Part shown: positions 41,239-53,217 of the stretch, piece after piece
How positions within the stretch are numbered: position 1 is the stretch's first letter
Layout of the letters: every line of letters starts with the position of its first letter
Source of the DNA: Eledone cirrhosa
Lineage: Eukaryota
DNA length: 64,000 nt
Direction of reading: 5' to 3'
NCBI GenBank assembly: GCA_964016885.1
Contig: OZ024748.1
Span: forward strand, 26,846,001 to 26,910,000
Translations under genes and position numbers: made by a program
Notes under the pieces: model-generated
The model's database searches: none
Told to the model about the DNA's origin: nothing
The model's input: the letters and a program-made list of their open reading frames with translations, nothing else

Positions 41239-44200
41239 TTAGGTAAGGCGGGTCTTCTCTGTTACTGAGTACCGCCAAAGGTCTCGGTCCAGTGACATTG
41301 TCTTGGAGAGGTGTAAGTGTGTGATGTCGGAGTTTATCAGCTCGTCCCAGGTTTTTCTAGGTCTGCCTATTCCGTGACTACCGTCTATCTTTATTGCCCT
41401 GCACTTTGTTATACAGCTATCGACTTTCATGCGCATCACGTGTCCATACCAACGTAGCCTTCTCTCGAGTAAACAACATCTGATCCCTCTTATCTCTAAT
41501 TTATTCCTTAGTTCGTTTATGCTTTGCCGTTCACGTATATTACTGTTACACATCCAGCGGAGCATGCAAGCTTCGTTCCTCTCTAGTCTGCGTATATCCT
41601 CTGCACACAATGCCCAGGTCTCACTGCCATGCAGCATTGCTGTTCGTATGCAGGCATCGTACAACCTGCCTTTCATTTTTAGTGAGAACCCTTTAGCAGC
41701 TAATAGTGGTATAAGCTCTCTGAACTTTTTCCAACCAGTTCTGACTCTAGCTACAGTACTTTCCGAGCACCCTCCCCCACTGCTGATTTTATCGCCCAGG
41801 TAACGGAAGCTGTCCACTATTTCTATAGAACCCTCTGCGCAATTGAAAGAGCTAGTAGTTTGTGGGCACTTGCTGCTACTTATTGCACCAGAGCACCGGC
41901 CACATGTAAAATCTATGTTCTTAGTTAGCCTACCTGTGATCCCACTACATCTTTTATGCACCCATACTTTGCATTTAGGACATAAAATGGAGTTTCTACC
42001 TACGCCTTTCCTACACACCGAGCACGACCATTTCCCAGAAGGGACCGCCGCCTTGTTTTCTTTCCTACAAACTAGTACTTTGGTCTTAGCCAGGTTAATT
42101 TTAAGTCCTTTTGACTCTAGGCCGTGCTTCCATGTTTGGAATTTCTTCTCTAGCTCGGCCATTGATTCCGCTATGAGTGTCAGGTCGTCTGCGTATAGGA
42201 GTTCCCATGGGCAGCCTGTCTTGAACTCCTCTGTTATGGCCTGAAGGGCAATAATAAATAGTAGTGGACTGAGAACAGAGCCCTGATGGACGCCGACTTT
42301 TACGCTAAACTCTTCACTATATTCGTTGTTAATTCTAACCTTGCTGACTGTTTCTTTATACATGGCTTGTATAGCCCTCACAAGCCATTCGTCAACGCCT
42401 AGTTTTCTAAGAGCCCACCAGATAATGGAGCGGGGGACTCTGTCGAAGGCTTTCTCCAAGTCGACAAAAGCTAAGTAGAGGGGTTTACCTTTAGCTAGGT
42501 ACTTCTCTTGTAGTTGTCGTACTATGAAAAGAGCGTCTGTGGTACTTTTGCCTGACACAAACCCGAACTGCATTTCATCTAGGTCAATTCTCTCTCTGAT
42601 TAGCTGCGCTATTACTCTTTCCGTGACCTTCATGACCTGGTCGATTAATTTAATGCCTCTATAGTTACTCCTATCTAGGGCGTCTCCTTTACCCTTATAA
42701 CAGTTAACGATGATGCTGCTATGCCAGTCCTTCGGAACAACCCCGTTTTGTACGACTTGGTTAACTATGCGGGTGACCATGGTGTGTCCCACCGTGCCAG
42801 ATGCCTTCAGCATCTCAGCAACTATTTCCGAAGGCCCAGCCGCCTTACCAGTCTTCATATCCTTGATTGCCTTACTTATTATACTCCCCTCGACTAACAC
42901 TGCTGGTCCCTCTATTGGGTCGATATGGGGGAGACTGCCTTTCTCCCAATTATTCTCCTCATTTAGAAGCCTTTCATAGTGACACTTCCAAGCTACCTTC
43001 TTATCAGCGTCGGTGATGGCAAGTGTGCCATCGTCGTTTAGTACACACTTCTCCCCGACAATATCACGGTTTTCCTTGACGCATTGCCTAGCAATCCTGA
43101 ACACCTCACGTTTTTGGTCATCGCGTTGTAGAACATGCTTGAACTTTCTTTCCTCAGCTTCCCTTCTTGCTAAGTACACTTGTCTCCTAGCTTCCCTCCT
43201 GGCCACTTGATAGTCCTCTCTACTTCCCCCATCCCGCCATACTTTCCAAGCCTGCTTTTTGGCCTTAATTGACCCCTCCACCTTACTGTTCCACCACCAT
43301 GTTACTCTCCTCCTGCCTACAGGCCTGCTCCAGCCACAGACCTCGTCTGTCGCCAACAGCAGGTTTGCTTTCAGAAATTCCCACTCTCCCTCTATATTGT
43401 CCGACTCTAAATGTTCTTCCTTACTGTCGAAAGCATCAAGTAATATGCTTTGAAATTTATTCCTGGCTGTGGGGTCCTTTAACTTCCATATTTTCCTCCT
43501 GAGGATAGTCCTCTTCTGTTGTCGAGTACGTCTCGTCCTGACTATGAGGTCGCTAATTATCAGTCTATGTTGGGAGGTGCATTCTTCATGGGGGAGGGAT
43601 TTAGTGTTAACAACAGACACTCTGTCACGTCTTCTGGTAAGGATATAATCTACCTGGCTTGTGTGTTCCCCGGATCTATAGGTGATCAGGTGATTGTCAC
43701 GTTTTTTGAAGTTAGTGTTACAGATAGTTAGGTTATTTGCATCACAGAATTCCAGGATTCTGGAGCCTTCCTCATTTCTAGTACCAAACCCATAGCCTCC
43801 ATGGATTTCGTCGTAGCCGTCACAATGTTGTCCAACGTGACCATTTAGGTCGCCTGCGATAATTATATAGTCACTGTCGGATATTTGGGAGGTAGTTAGC
43901 ATCAGTGTCTCATAGAATCTGTCTTTTATAGTGCCGGGCAGTCCGGATTGGGGTGCGTACGCAGATATTACTGTCACCGTAGTTCTATTGAGGACAAGTC
44001 GTATTTTAATTATTCTGTCGTTCACTCTATTTACGTCTATTATCTTATCTGCCCACTTTTCTGCTACCATGATTCCTACTCCACCCAGCCCATCGTCGTT
44101 TCCCACCCAGAAAAGCTTATAACAACGTTTTTTACCCTCAATGAACCTAGCAGACCCACCCCTCCACCTGGTCTCTTGAATACAACAAACATCGACCTCC

Positions 44201-44673
44201 TTACGTTCAAGCATTTCTACAACCTCGTTAGCGCGACCCTTTAGGGTGCCTACATTTATGGTACCAACTCTGAAGTTTTGGATTGCGTTTGGGGGTTGGG
44301 GGCGGTGAGGGGCGGGGGGCGATGGTGTTATGTTAGCCGTCCGTGGTCGAAACAATGAGGAGTGCTCGCATTCTCGTCCAAGGGGTGAATTTGTCTTTAT
44401 CTTTGGCATTGTCGCTGAGCGTCCAGATTTTTCTCTCTCACCTCCACTCTCCAGGATTTCGCAGTCCATCCATCCATCATATATCGTATATCGAAAGGCA
44501 ACCAGGCAAGCGATAGTATAGGCCTCTGGTTTCTGATTGGTCCGCGTAATAATACTGGTGATACGTGGGGGCTGTTTTATGATTGGTCCACGTAATAGCA
44601 ATGGTGGTGTGTGGGGGTGGGAGGGGTGTTGGGTAGCTAGCAAGAAGGTAATGATTGAGATGGGTCTATGCAT
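41239..44673 (-). CDS. Intact RTE ORF (APE endonuclease, reverse transcriptase, inserted PHD-type finger), up to 1144 aa; true start may be a downstream Met
   Basis: GTINVGTL, CIQETRW, SAYAPQ, AGDLNGH, VDYIL, SQHRL (APE); [39 protein letters not shown] (RT). Confidence 0.95.
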   Translation of the reverse strand: MHRPISIITFLLATQHPSHPHTPPLLLRGPIIKQPPRITSIITRTNQKPEAYTIACLVAFRYTIYDGWMDCEILESGGEREKSGRSATMPKIKTNSPLGRECEHSSLFRPRTANITPSPPAPHRPQPPNAIQNFRVGTINVGTLKGRANEVVEMLERKEVDVCCIQETRWRGGSARFIEGKKRCYKLFWVGNDDGLGGVGIMVAEKWADKIIDVNRVNDRIIKIRLVLNRTTVTVISAYAPQSGLPGTIKDRFYETLMLTTSQISDSDYIIIAGDLNGHVGQHCDGYDEIHGGYGFGTRNEEGSRILEFCDANNLTICNTNFKKRDNHLITYRSGEHTSQVDYILTRRRDRVSVVNTKSLPHEECTSQHRLIISDLIVRTRRTRQQKRTILRRKIWKLKDPTARNKFQSILLDAFDSKEEHLESDNIEGEWEFLKANLLLATDEVCGWSRPVGRRRVTWWWNSKVEGSIKAKKQAWKVWRDGGSREDYQVARREARRQVYLARREAEERKFKHVLQRDDQKREVFRIARQCVKENRDIVGEKCVLNDDGTLAITDADKKVAWKCHYERLLNEENNWEKGSLPHIDPIEGPAVLVEGSIISKAIKDMKTGKAAGPSEIVAEMLKASGTVGHTMVTRIVNQVVQNGVVPKDWHSSIIVNCYKGKGDALDRSNYRGIKLIDQVMKVTERVIAQLIRERIDLDEMQFGFVSGKSTTDALFIVRQLQEKYLAKGKPLYLAFVDLEKAFDRVPRSIIWWALRKLGVDEWLVRAIQAMYKETVSKVRINNEYSEEFSVKVGVHQGSVLSPLLFIIALQAITEEFKTGCPWELLYADDLTLIAESMAELEKKFQTWKHGLESKGLKINLAKTKVLVCRKENKAAVPSGKWSCSVCRKGVGRNSILCPKCKVWVHKRCSGITGRLTKNIDFTCGRCSGAISSSKCPQTTSSFNCAEGSIEIVDSFRYLGDKISSGGGCSESTVARVRTGWKKFRELIPLLAAKGFSLKMKGRLYDACIRTAMLHGSETWALCAEDIRRLERNEACMLRWMCNSNIRERQSINELRNKLEIRGIRCCLLERRLRWYGHVMRMKVDSCITKCRAIKIDGSHGIGRPRKTWDELINSDITHLHLSKTMSLDRDLWRYSVTEKTRLT

Positions 44674-47600
44674 TTAACAAGCGATTAACAAAAATACAAA
44701 ATTTGTTCAGTTAAATACGTCCAAAAACCTAAACGTATTTAGCACTTAATAGGAACAGAAAATGTGTAGTTTGTTTTAGCGATAGAATGGCTATTTGGAC
44801 TTGAAATACGAAATGAGAGAGAGAGAGAGAGGAGAGAGAGATGAAGTCTGTACCTTATGTTTACATGATTTTCTTTCGGACAGCAGGCAAGAAATGAAAT
44901 TTGGCGAAGTGAATTCCTATCATATATTTATAGGGAGAGAGAGAGAGAGAGAGAGAGAGTGCGAGGGTAGGGGGCCACATGATGGCTGTGGGTGTTAGGC
45001 GTTTGACCGCCCCGTGCCTTCGAAGAAGGAAGAAGGAAAGGATTTTGCTTTTTTGCTTTTTTTGGGGTTTGAAAATACGTTAGGAATTAAGGTTTGAAAA
45101 TAGCTAGCAAGAAGGTAATGATTGAGATGGGTCTATGCATTTAACAAGCGATTAACAAAAATACAAAATTTGTTCAGTTAAATACGTCCAAAAACCTAAA
45201 CGTATTTAGCACTTAATAGGAACAGAAAATGTGTAGTTTGTTTTAGCGATAGAATGGCTATTTGGACTTGAAATACGAAATGAGAGAGAGAGAGAGAGGA
45301 GAGAGAGATGAAGTCTGTACCTTATGTTTACATGATTTTCTTTCGGACAGCAGGCAAGAAATGAAATTTGGCGAAGTGAATTCCTATCATATATTTATAG
45401 GGAGAGAGAGAGAGAGAGAGAGAGAGTGCGAGGGTAGGGGGCCACATGATGGCTGTGGGTGTTAGGCGTTTGACCGCCCCGTGCCTTCGAAGAAGGAAGA
45501 AGGAAAGGATTTTGCTTTTTTGCTTTTTTTGGGGTTTGAAAATACGTTAGGAATTAAGGTTTGAAAATAGCTAGCAAGAAGGTAATGATTGAGATGGGTC
45601 TATGCATTTAACAAGCGATTAACAAAAATACAAAATTTGTTCAGTTAAATACGTCCAAAAACCTAAACGTATTTAGCACTTAATAGGAACAGAAAATGTG
45701 TAGTTTGTTTTAGCGATAGAATGGCTATTTGGACTTGAAATACGAAATGAGAGAGAGAGAGAGAGGAGAGAGAGATGAAGTCTGTACCTTATGTTTACAT
45801 GATTTTCTTTCGGACAGCAGGCAAGAAATGAAATTTGGCGAAGTGAATTCCTATCATATATTTATAGGGAGAGAGAGAGAGAGAGAGAGAGAGTGCGAGG
45901 GTAGGGGGCCACATGATGGCTGTGGGTGTTAGGCGTTTGACCGCCCCGTGCCTTCGAAGAAGGAAGAAGGAAAGGATTTTGCTTTTTTGCTTTTTTTGGG
46001 GTTTGAAAATACGTTAGGAATTAAGGTTTGAAAATAGCTAGCAAGAAGGTAATGATTGAGATGGGTCTATGCATTTAACAAGCGATTAACAAAAATACAA
46101 AATTTGTTCAGTTAAATACGTCCAAAAACCTAAACGTATTTAGCACTTAATAGGAACAGAAAATGTGTAGTTTGTTTTAGCGATAGAATGGCTATTTGGA
46201 CTTGAAATACGAAATGAGAGAGAGAGAGAGAGGAGAGAGAGATGAAGTCTGTACCTTATGTTTACATGATTTTCTTTCGGACAGCAGGCAAGAAATGAAA
46301 TTTGGCGAAGTGAATTCCTATCATATATTTATAGGGAGAGAGAGAGAGAGAGAGAGAGAGTGCGAGGGTAGGGGGCCACATGATGGCTGTGGGTGTTAGG
46401 CGTTTGACCGCCCCGTGCCTTCGAAGAAGGAAGAAGGAAAGGATTTTGCTTTTTTGCTTTTTTTGGGGTTTGAAAATACGTTAGGAATTAAGGTTTGAAA
46501 ATAGCTAGCAAGAAGGTAATGATTGAGATGGGTCTATGCATTTAACAAGCGATTAACAAAAATACAAAATTTGTTCAGTTAAATACGTCCAAAAACCTAA
46601 ACGTATTTAGCACTTAATAGGAACAGAAAATGTGTAGTTTGTTTTAGCGATAGAATGGCTATTTGGACTTGAAATACGAAATGAGAGAGAGAGAGAGAGG
46701 AGAGAGAGATGAAGTCTGTACCTTATGTTTACATGATTTTCTTTCGGACAGCAGGCAAGAAATGAAATTTGGCGAAGTGAATTCCTATCATATATTTATA
46801 GGGAGAGAGAGAGAGAGAGAGAGAGAGTGCGAGGGTAGGGGGCCACATGATGGCTGTGGGTGTTAGGCGTTTGACCGCCCCGTGCCTTCGAAGAAGGAAG
46901 AAGGAAAGGATTTTGCTTTTTTGCTTTTTTTGGGGTTTGAAAATACGTTAGGAATTAAGGTTTGAAAATAGCTAGCAAGAAGGTAATGATTGAGATGGGT
47001 CTATGCATTTAACAAGCGATTAACAAAAATACAAAATTTGTTCAGTTAAATACGTCCAAAAACCTAAACGTATTTAGCACTTAATAGGAACAGAAAATGT
47101 GTAGTTTGTTTTAGCGATAGAATGGCTATTTGGACTTGAAATACGAAATGAGAGAGAGAGAGAGAGGAGAGAGAGATGAAGTCTGTACCTTATGTTTACA
47201 TGATTTTCTTTCGGACAGCAGGCAAGAAATGAAATTTGGCGAAGTGAATTCCTATCATATATTTATAGGGAGAGAGAGAGAGAGAGAGAGAGTGCGAGGG
47301 TAGGGGGCCACATGATGGCTGTGGGTGTTAGGCGTTTGACCGCCCCGTGCCTTCGAAGAAGGAAGAAGGAAAGGATTTTGCTTTTTTGCTTTTTTTGGGG
47401 TTTGAAAATACGTTAGGAATTAAGGTTTGAAAATAGCTAGCAAGAAGGTAATGATTGAGATGGGTCTATGCATTTAACAAGCGATTAACAAAAATACAAA
47501 ATTTGTTCAGTTAAATACGTCCAAAAACCTAAACGTATTTAGCACTTAATAGGAACAGAAAATGTGTAGTTTGTTTTAGCGATAGAATGGCTATTTGGAC

Positions 47601-50277
47601 TTGAAATACGAAATGAGAGAGAGAGAGAGAGGAGAGAGAGATGAAGTCTGTACCTTATGTTTACATGATTTTCTTTCGGACAGCAGGCAAGAAATGAAAT
47701 TTGGCGAAGTGAATTCCTATCATATATTTATAGGGAGAGAGAGAGAGAGAGAGAGAGAGTGCGAGGGTAGGGGGCCACATGATGGCTGTGGGTGTTAGGC
47801 GTTTGACCGCCCCGTGCCTTCGAAGAAGGAAGAAGGAAAGGATTTTGCTTTTTTGCTTTTTTTGGGGTTTGAAAATACGTTAGGAATTAAGGTTTGAAAA
47901 TAGCTAGCAAGAAGGTAATGATTGAGATGGGTCTATGCATTTAACAAGCGATTAACAAAAATACAAAATTTGTTCAGTTAAATACGTCCAAAAACCTAAA
48001 CGTATTTAGCACTTAATAGGAACAGAAAATGTGTAGTTTGTTTTAGCGATAGAATGGCTATTTGGACTTGAAATACGAAATGAGAGAGAGAGAGAGAGGA
48101 GAGAGAGATGAAGTCTGTACCTTATGTTTACATGATTTTCTTTCGGACAGCAGGCAAGAAATGAAATTTGGCGAAGTGAATTCCTATCATATATTTATAG
48201 GGAGAGAGAGAGAGAGAGAGAGAGAGTGCGAGGGTAGGGGGCCACATGATGGCTGTGGGTGTTAGGCGTTTGACCGCCCCGTGCCTTCGAAGAAGGAAGA
48301 AGGAAAGGATTTTGCTTTTTTGCTTTTTTTGGGGTTTGAAAATACGTTAGGAATTAAGGTTTGAAAATAGCTAGCAAGAAGGTAATGATTGAGATGGGTC
48401 TATGCATTTAACAAGCGATTAACAAAAATACAAAATTTGTTCAGTTAAATACGTCCAAAAACCTAAACGTATTTAGCACTTAATAGGAACAGAAAATGTG
48501 TAGTTTGTTTTAGCGATAGAATGGCTATTTGGACTTGAAATACGAAATGAGAGAGAGAGAGAGAGGAGAGAGAGATGAAGTCTGTACCTTATGTTTACAT
48601 GATTTTCTTTCGGACAGCAGGCAAGAAATGAAATTTGGCGAAGTGAATTCCTATCATATATTTATAGGGAGAGAGAGAGAGAGAGAGAGAGTGCGAGGGT
48701 AGGGGGCCACATGATGGCTGTGGGTGTTAGGCGTTTGACCGCCCCGTGCCTTCGAAGAAGGAAGAAGGAAAGGATTTTGCTTTTTTGCTTTTTTTGGGGT
48801 TTGAAAATACGTTAGGAATTAAGGTTTGAAAATAGCTAGCAAGAAGGTAATGATTGAGATGGGTCTATGCATTTAACAAGCGATTAACAAAAATACAAAA
48901 TTTGTTCAGTTAAATACGTCCAAAAACCTAAACGTATTTAGCACTTAATAGGAACAGAAAATGTGTAGTTTGTTTTAGCGATAGAATGGCTATTTGGACT
49001 TGAAATACGAAATGAGAGAGAGAGAGAGAGGAGAGAGAGATGAAGTCTGTACCTTATGTTTACATGATTTTCTTTCGGACAGCAGGCAAGAAATGAAATT
49101 TGGCGAAGTGAATTCCTATCATATATTTATAGGGAGAGAGAGAGAGAGAGAGAGAGTGCGAGGGTAGGGGGCCACATGATGGCTGTGGGTGTTAGGCGTT
49201 TGACCGCCCCGTGCCTTCGAAGAAGGAAGAAGGAAAGGATTTTGCTTTTTTGCTTTTTTTGGGGTTTGAAAATACGTTAGGAATTAAGGTTTGAAAATAG
49301 CTAGCAAGAAGGTAATGATTGAGATGGGTCTATGCATTTAACAAGCGATTAACAAAAATACAAAATTTGTTCAGTTAAATACGTCCAAAAACCTAAACGT
49401 ATTTAGCACTTAATAGGAACAGAAAATGTGTAGTTTGTTTTAGCGATAGAATGGCTATTTGGACTTGAAATACGAAATGAGAGAGAGAGAGAGAGGAGAG
49501 AGAGATGAAGTCTGTACCTTATGTTTACATGATTTTCTTTCGGACAGCAGGCAAGAAATGAAATTTGGCGAAGTGAATTCCTATCATATATTTATAGGGA
49601 GAGAGAGAGAGAGAGAGAGAGAGAGTGCGAGGGTAGGGGGCCACATGATGGCTGTGGGTGTTAGGCGTTTGACCGCCCCGTGCCTTCGAAGAAGGAAGAA
49701 GGAAAGGATTTTGCTTTTTTGCTTTTTTTGGGGTTTGAAAATACGTTAGGAATTAAGGTTTGAAAATAGCTAGCAAGAAGGTAATGATTGAGATGGGTCT
49801 ATGCATTTAACAAGCGATTAACAAAAATACAAAATTTGTTCAGTTAAATACGTCCAAAAACCTAAACGTATTTAGCACTTAATAGGAACAGAAAATGTGT
49901 AGTTTGTTTTAGCGATAGAATGGCTATTTGGACTTGAAATACGAAATGAGAGAGAGAGAGAGAGGAGAGAGAGATGAAGTCTGTACCTTATGTTTACATG
50001 ATTTTCTTTCGGACAGCAGGCAAGAAATGAAATTTGGCGAAGTGAATTCCTATCATATATTTATAGGGAGAGAGAGAGAGAGAGAGAGAGTGCGAGGGTA
50101 GGGGGCCACATGATGGCTGTGGGTGTTAGGCGTTTGACCGCCCCGTGCCTTCGAAGAAGGAAGAAGGAAAGGATTTTGCTTTTTTGCTTTTTTTGGGGTT
50201 TGAAAATACGTTAGGAATTAAGGTTTGAAAATAGCTAGCAAGAAGGTAATGATTGAGATGGGTCTATGCATTTAACA
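44634..50277 (-). repeat. 12 tandem ~467-bp monomers plus a ~45-bp partial unit
   Basis: The anchor tagctagcaagaagg recurs at 44634, 45101 ... 50232. By eye, units differ only in (GA)n length (465/467/469). Confidence 0.97.
44898..45013 (-). promoter_or_regulatory. Candidate Pol II core promoter in each monomer (first unit shown)
   Basis: Minus strand: GGGGCGG (45013-45007), (CT)n, TATAAATA (44932-44925), and Inr CCAAATT (YYANWYY) with its A at 44902, exactly 30 nt after the TATA start. Confidence 0.6.
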
Positions 50278-50314
50278 TACATATATATACATACATATAT
50301 ATACATATATATAT

Positions 50315-50361
<47 letters not shown>

Positions 50362-50410
50362 TACACATATATATATATATACATATATATATATACATAT
50401 ATATATATAC

Positions 50411-50517
<107 letters not shown>

Positions 50518-50619
50518 CATACATACATACATATATGTAGGTGAGTTTTATTGTAGTACAATAAAGCAATGCAGATATCGGATAAGAAGCACTCTACAGT
50601 TTGTAGGACTGGAGTATGC

Positions 50620-50719
50620 ATAATATATAAGAACAAAAGATGGTTAAAAGAGTTCCATTGAAATGCGCATAATAACATACATGGAACTCTTTTAACCATC
50701 TTTTGTTCTTATATATTAT
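50620..50719. repeat. Short fold-back (39-bp arms), probable PLE pLTR relic
   Basis: Arms 50620-50658 / 50681-50719. The loop contains GAAA-tgcgca-TA, the 3' half of a hammerhead. Confidence 0.6.
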
Positions 50720-51158
50720 ACATACATATATATATATATACATATATATACATATATATATACATATATATATACATATACATATATATACATATATATA
50801 TACATATATATATACATATATATATATACATATATATATACATATATATATATACATATATATATACATATATATATACATATATATATACATATATATA
50901 TATATACATATATATATATACATATATATATACATATATATATATACATATATATATACATATATATATACATATATATATACATATATATATACATATA
51001 TATATACATATATATATACATATATATATACATATACATATACATATATATATACATATATATATACATATACATATATATATACATATACATATATATA
51101 TACATATATATATACATATATATATACATATACATATATATATACATATATATATATA

Positions 51159-51204
<46 letters not shown>

Positions 51205-51227
51205 CATATATATATATATATACATAC

Positions 51228-51262
<35 letters not shown>

Positions 51263-51285
51263 CATACATATATATATATATATAC

Positions 51286-51897
51286 ATGGTGGCTGCCAAC
51301 TCGTTTTCGAGTACGGCCACTACTTTATATCCATATAGGAGAACCCCTACCGATGCGCCGAACGGGTGTGACTTTTTAGTCCAGCCAGCGACTTGAAAAC
51401 TCTGGAACAAACACTACACTTGTGACAATTATTGACACATAGTGCTGGGCCCATGGTACCATGTGACGACAAGTGCAGAGAGATCTCCAGATATAAAGCA
51501 ATGCCTGTGCCGTGAAGCTTTTATAGTGAGCAAAGGCACTGCACAAAGCCAGTCCCACTCTCTTAACCAAGATGATATTTACCAAAAAGAAGAACAAGTC
51601 AACATCATTGGATACCATCAGAGTCGCAGGTGTTATATCAGAGTTTTCCTTCTCCTAGAATTCTGCCTTGACAAAGGCTAAGGGGTCATCTCTCCCGGTG
51701 ATTTTGGATGGCCATTGACTCTTAAGAGCTCCTTTGCCCTTTGACAGGTTTTGTTTTTAGTCCTGCAGGATGTCCAAAGTCACCCTCCTCACCAAGAAAC
51801 CTTGGTGGGGTTGCCAGTTTAGTCGCCAACGACCCGACCATGAGACAGGTTGTACTGGAATACATGTTACCAGTAGCACCAACTGGTGACCTGACAT
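51286..51897 (-). mobile_element. Non-autonomous BovB/RTE-derived element, copy 3 (longest)
   Basis: ~610 bp with a hairpin-rich 5' end, RTE 5'UTR motif at 51637-51658 and a C2H2 remnant near the 3' end. Confidence 0.82.
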
Positions 51898-51979
51898 AAT
51901 ATACATATATACAATATATATACATACATATATATATATATACATATATATACATACATATATATATATATACATATAC

Positions 51980-52019
<40 letters not shown>

Positions 52020-52053
52020 ATACATATATATATACATATACATATATATATAC

Positions 52054-52086
<33 letters not shown>

Positions 52087-52095
52087 CATATATAC

Positions 52096-52126
<31 letters not shown>

Positions 52127-52149
52127 CATATATATATATACATATATAC

Positions 52150-52196
<47 letters not shown>

Positions 52197-52357
52197 CATA
52201 TATATATATACATATATACATATATATACATATATACATATATATATATATACATATATATATACATATATATACATATATATATATACATATATACATA
52301 TATACATATATATACATATATACATATATACATATATATACATATATATATCTATAC

Positions 52358-52388
<31 letters not shown>

Positions 52389-52435
52389 CATATATATATA
52401 CATATATATATACATATACATACATATACATATAC

Positions 52436-52466
<31 letters not shown>

Positions 52467-52483
52467 AATATATATATATATAT

Positions 52484-52831
52484 GGAGGCCCATGGCTTAG
52501 TGGTTAGAGCATTGGCCTTGCAATCAAAAGGTTGTGAGTTCAATTCTCAGACCAGGTGATGTGTTGTTTCCTTGAGCAAGACACTTTATTTCACATTGCT
52601 CCAGTTTACTCAGCTGTAGAAATGAGATGATAGGGACTGGCGTCCCTATCATTCCACTGCAAAGTGGTCGTGGAGGTGCCACGGCAAAAAAGTACCCAGC
52701 ACTCACTGTAAATGAGGTTGGTGTTAGGAAGGGCATCCAGCTGTAGAAATCAAGCCAGAATCAGTTCCCGTCCCACCCTTGCAAGCAGGGAAAAAGCGGA
52801 CGTAAAATGAAATGATGATGATGATGATGAT
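52484..52831 (+). mobile_element. tRNA-CORE-RTE SINE
   Basis: Same family as 34176-34516. Confidence 0.9.
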
Positions 52832-52833
52832 AC

Positions 52834-52891
<58 letters not shown>

Positions 52892-52916
52892 CTATATATA
52901 TATGTATATATATATA

Positions 52917-52983
<67 letters not shown>

Positions 52984-53180
52984 ATATATATATATATATA
53001 TATATCTATATATATATGTGTGTATATATATATACATATATATATATACCCCGTCGGGGTCTTACTGGTTGCTATTACCCACTCTACTACCCCAAGTATT
53101 GAGTACTTTGGTGCGTTATGGTCCACCTGGTTCCTTACCACATTTCCTTCGTTATATACATATATATACATATACATATA

Positions 53181-53217
<37 letters not shown>

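Larger units (their letters stand above)
40845..50277 (-). mobile_element. Full-length RTE LINE family A with tandem-monomer 5' region
   Basis: (cat)n tail at 40845, ~390-bp 3'UTR, intact ORF, 5' array, TA arrays on both flanks. Confidence 0.9.

Noticed and set aside
44848-44856. Splice donor AAG|GTACAG in each monomer (minus strand)
   Set aside because: Weak consensus, and a used intron would normally be lost from a retrotransposed copy.
44634-50277. Tandem array as CRISPR or as a multicopy 67-aa gene (MDLKYEMRERE...)
   Set aside because: No unique spacers, no cas genes, eukaryotic context; the small ORF is frameshifted whenever (GA)n length changes.
51770-51897. HDV-like ribozyme at the 5' end of the BovB-like element
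   Set aside because: P2, P4 and a CUAA junction can be drawn, but no convincing P1/P3/L3; kept only as an unassigned structure.
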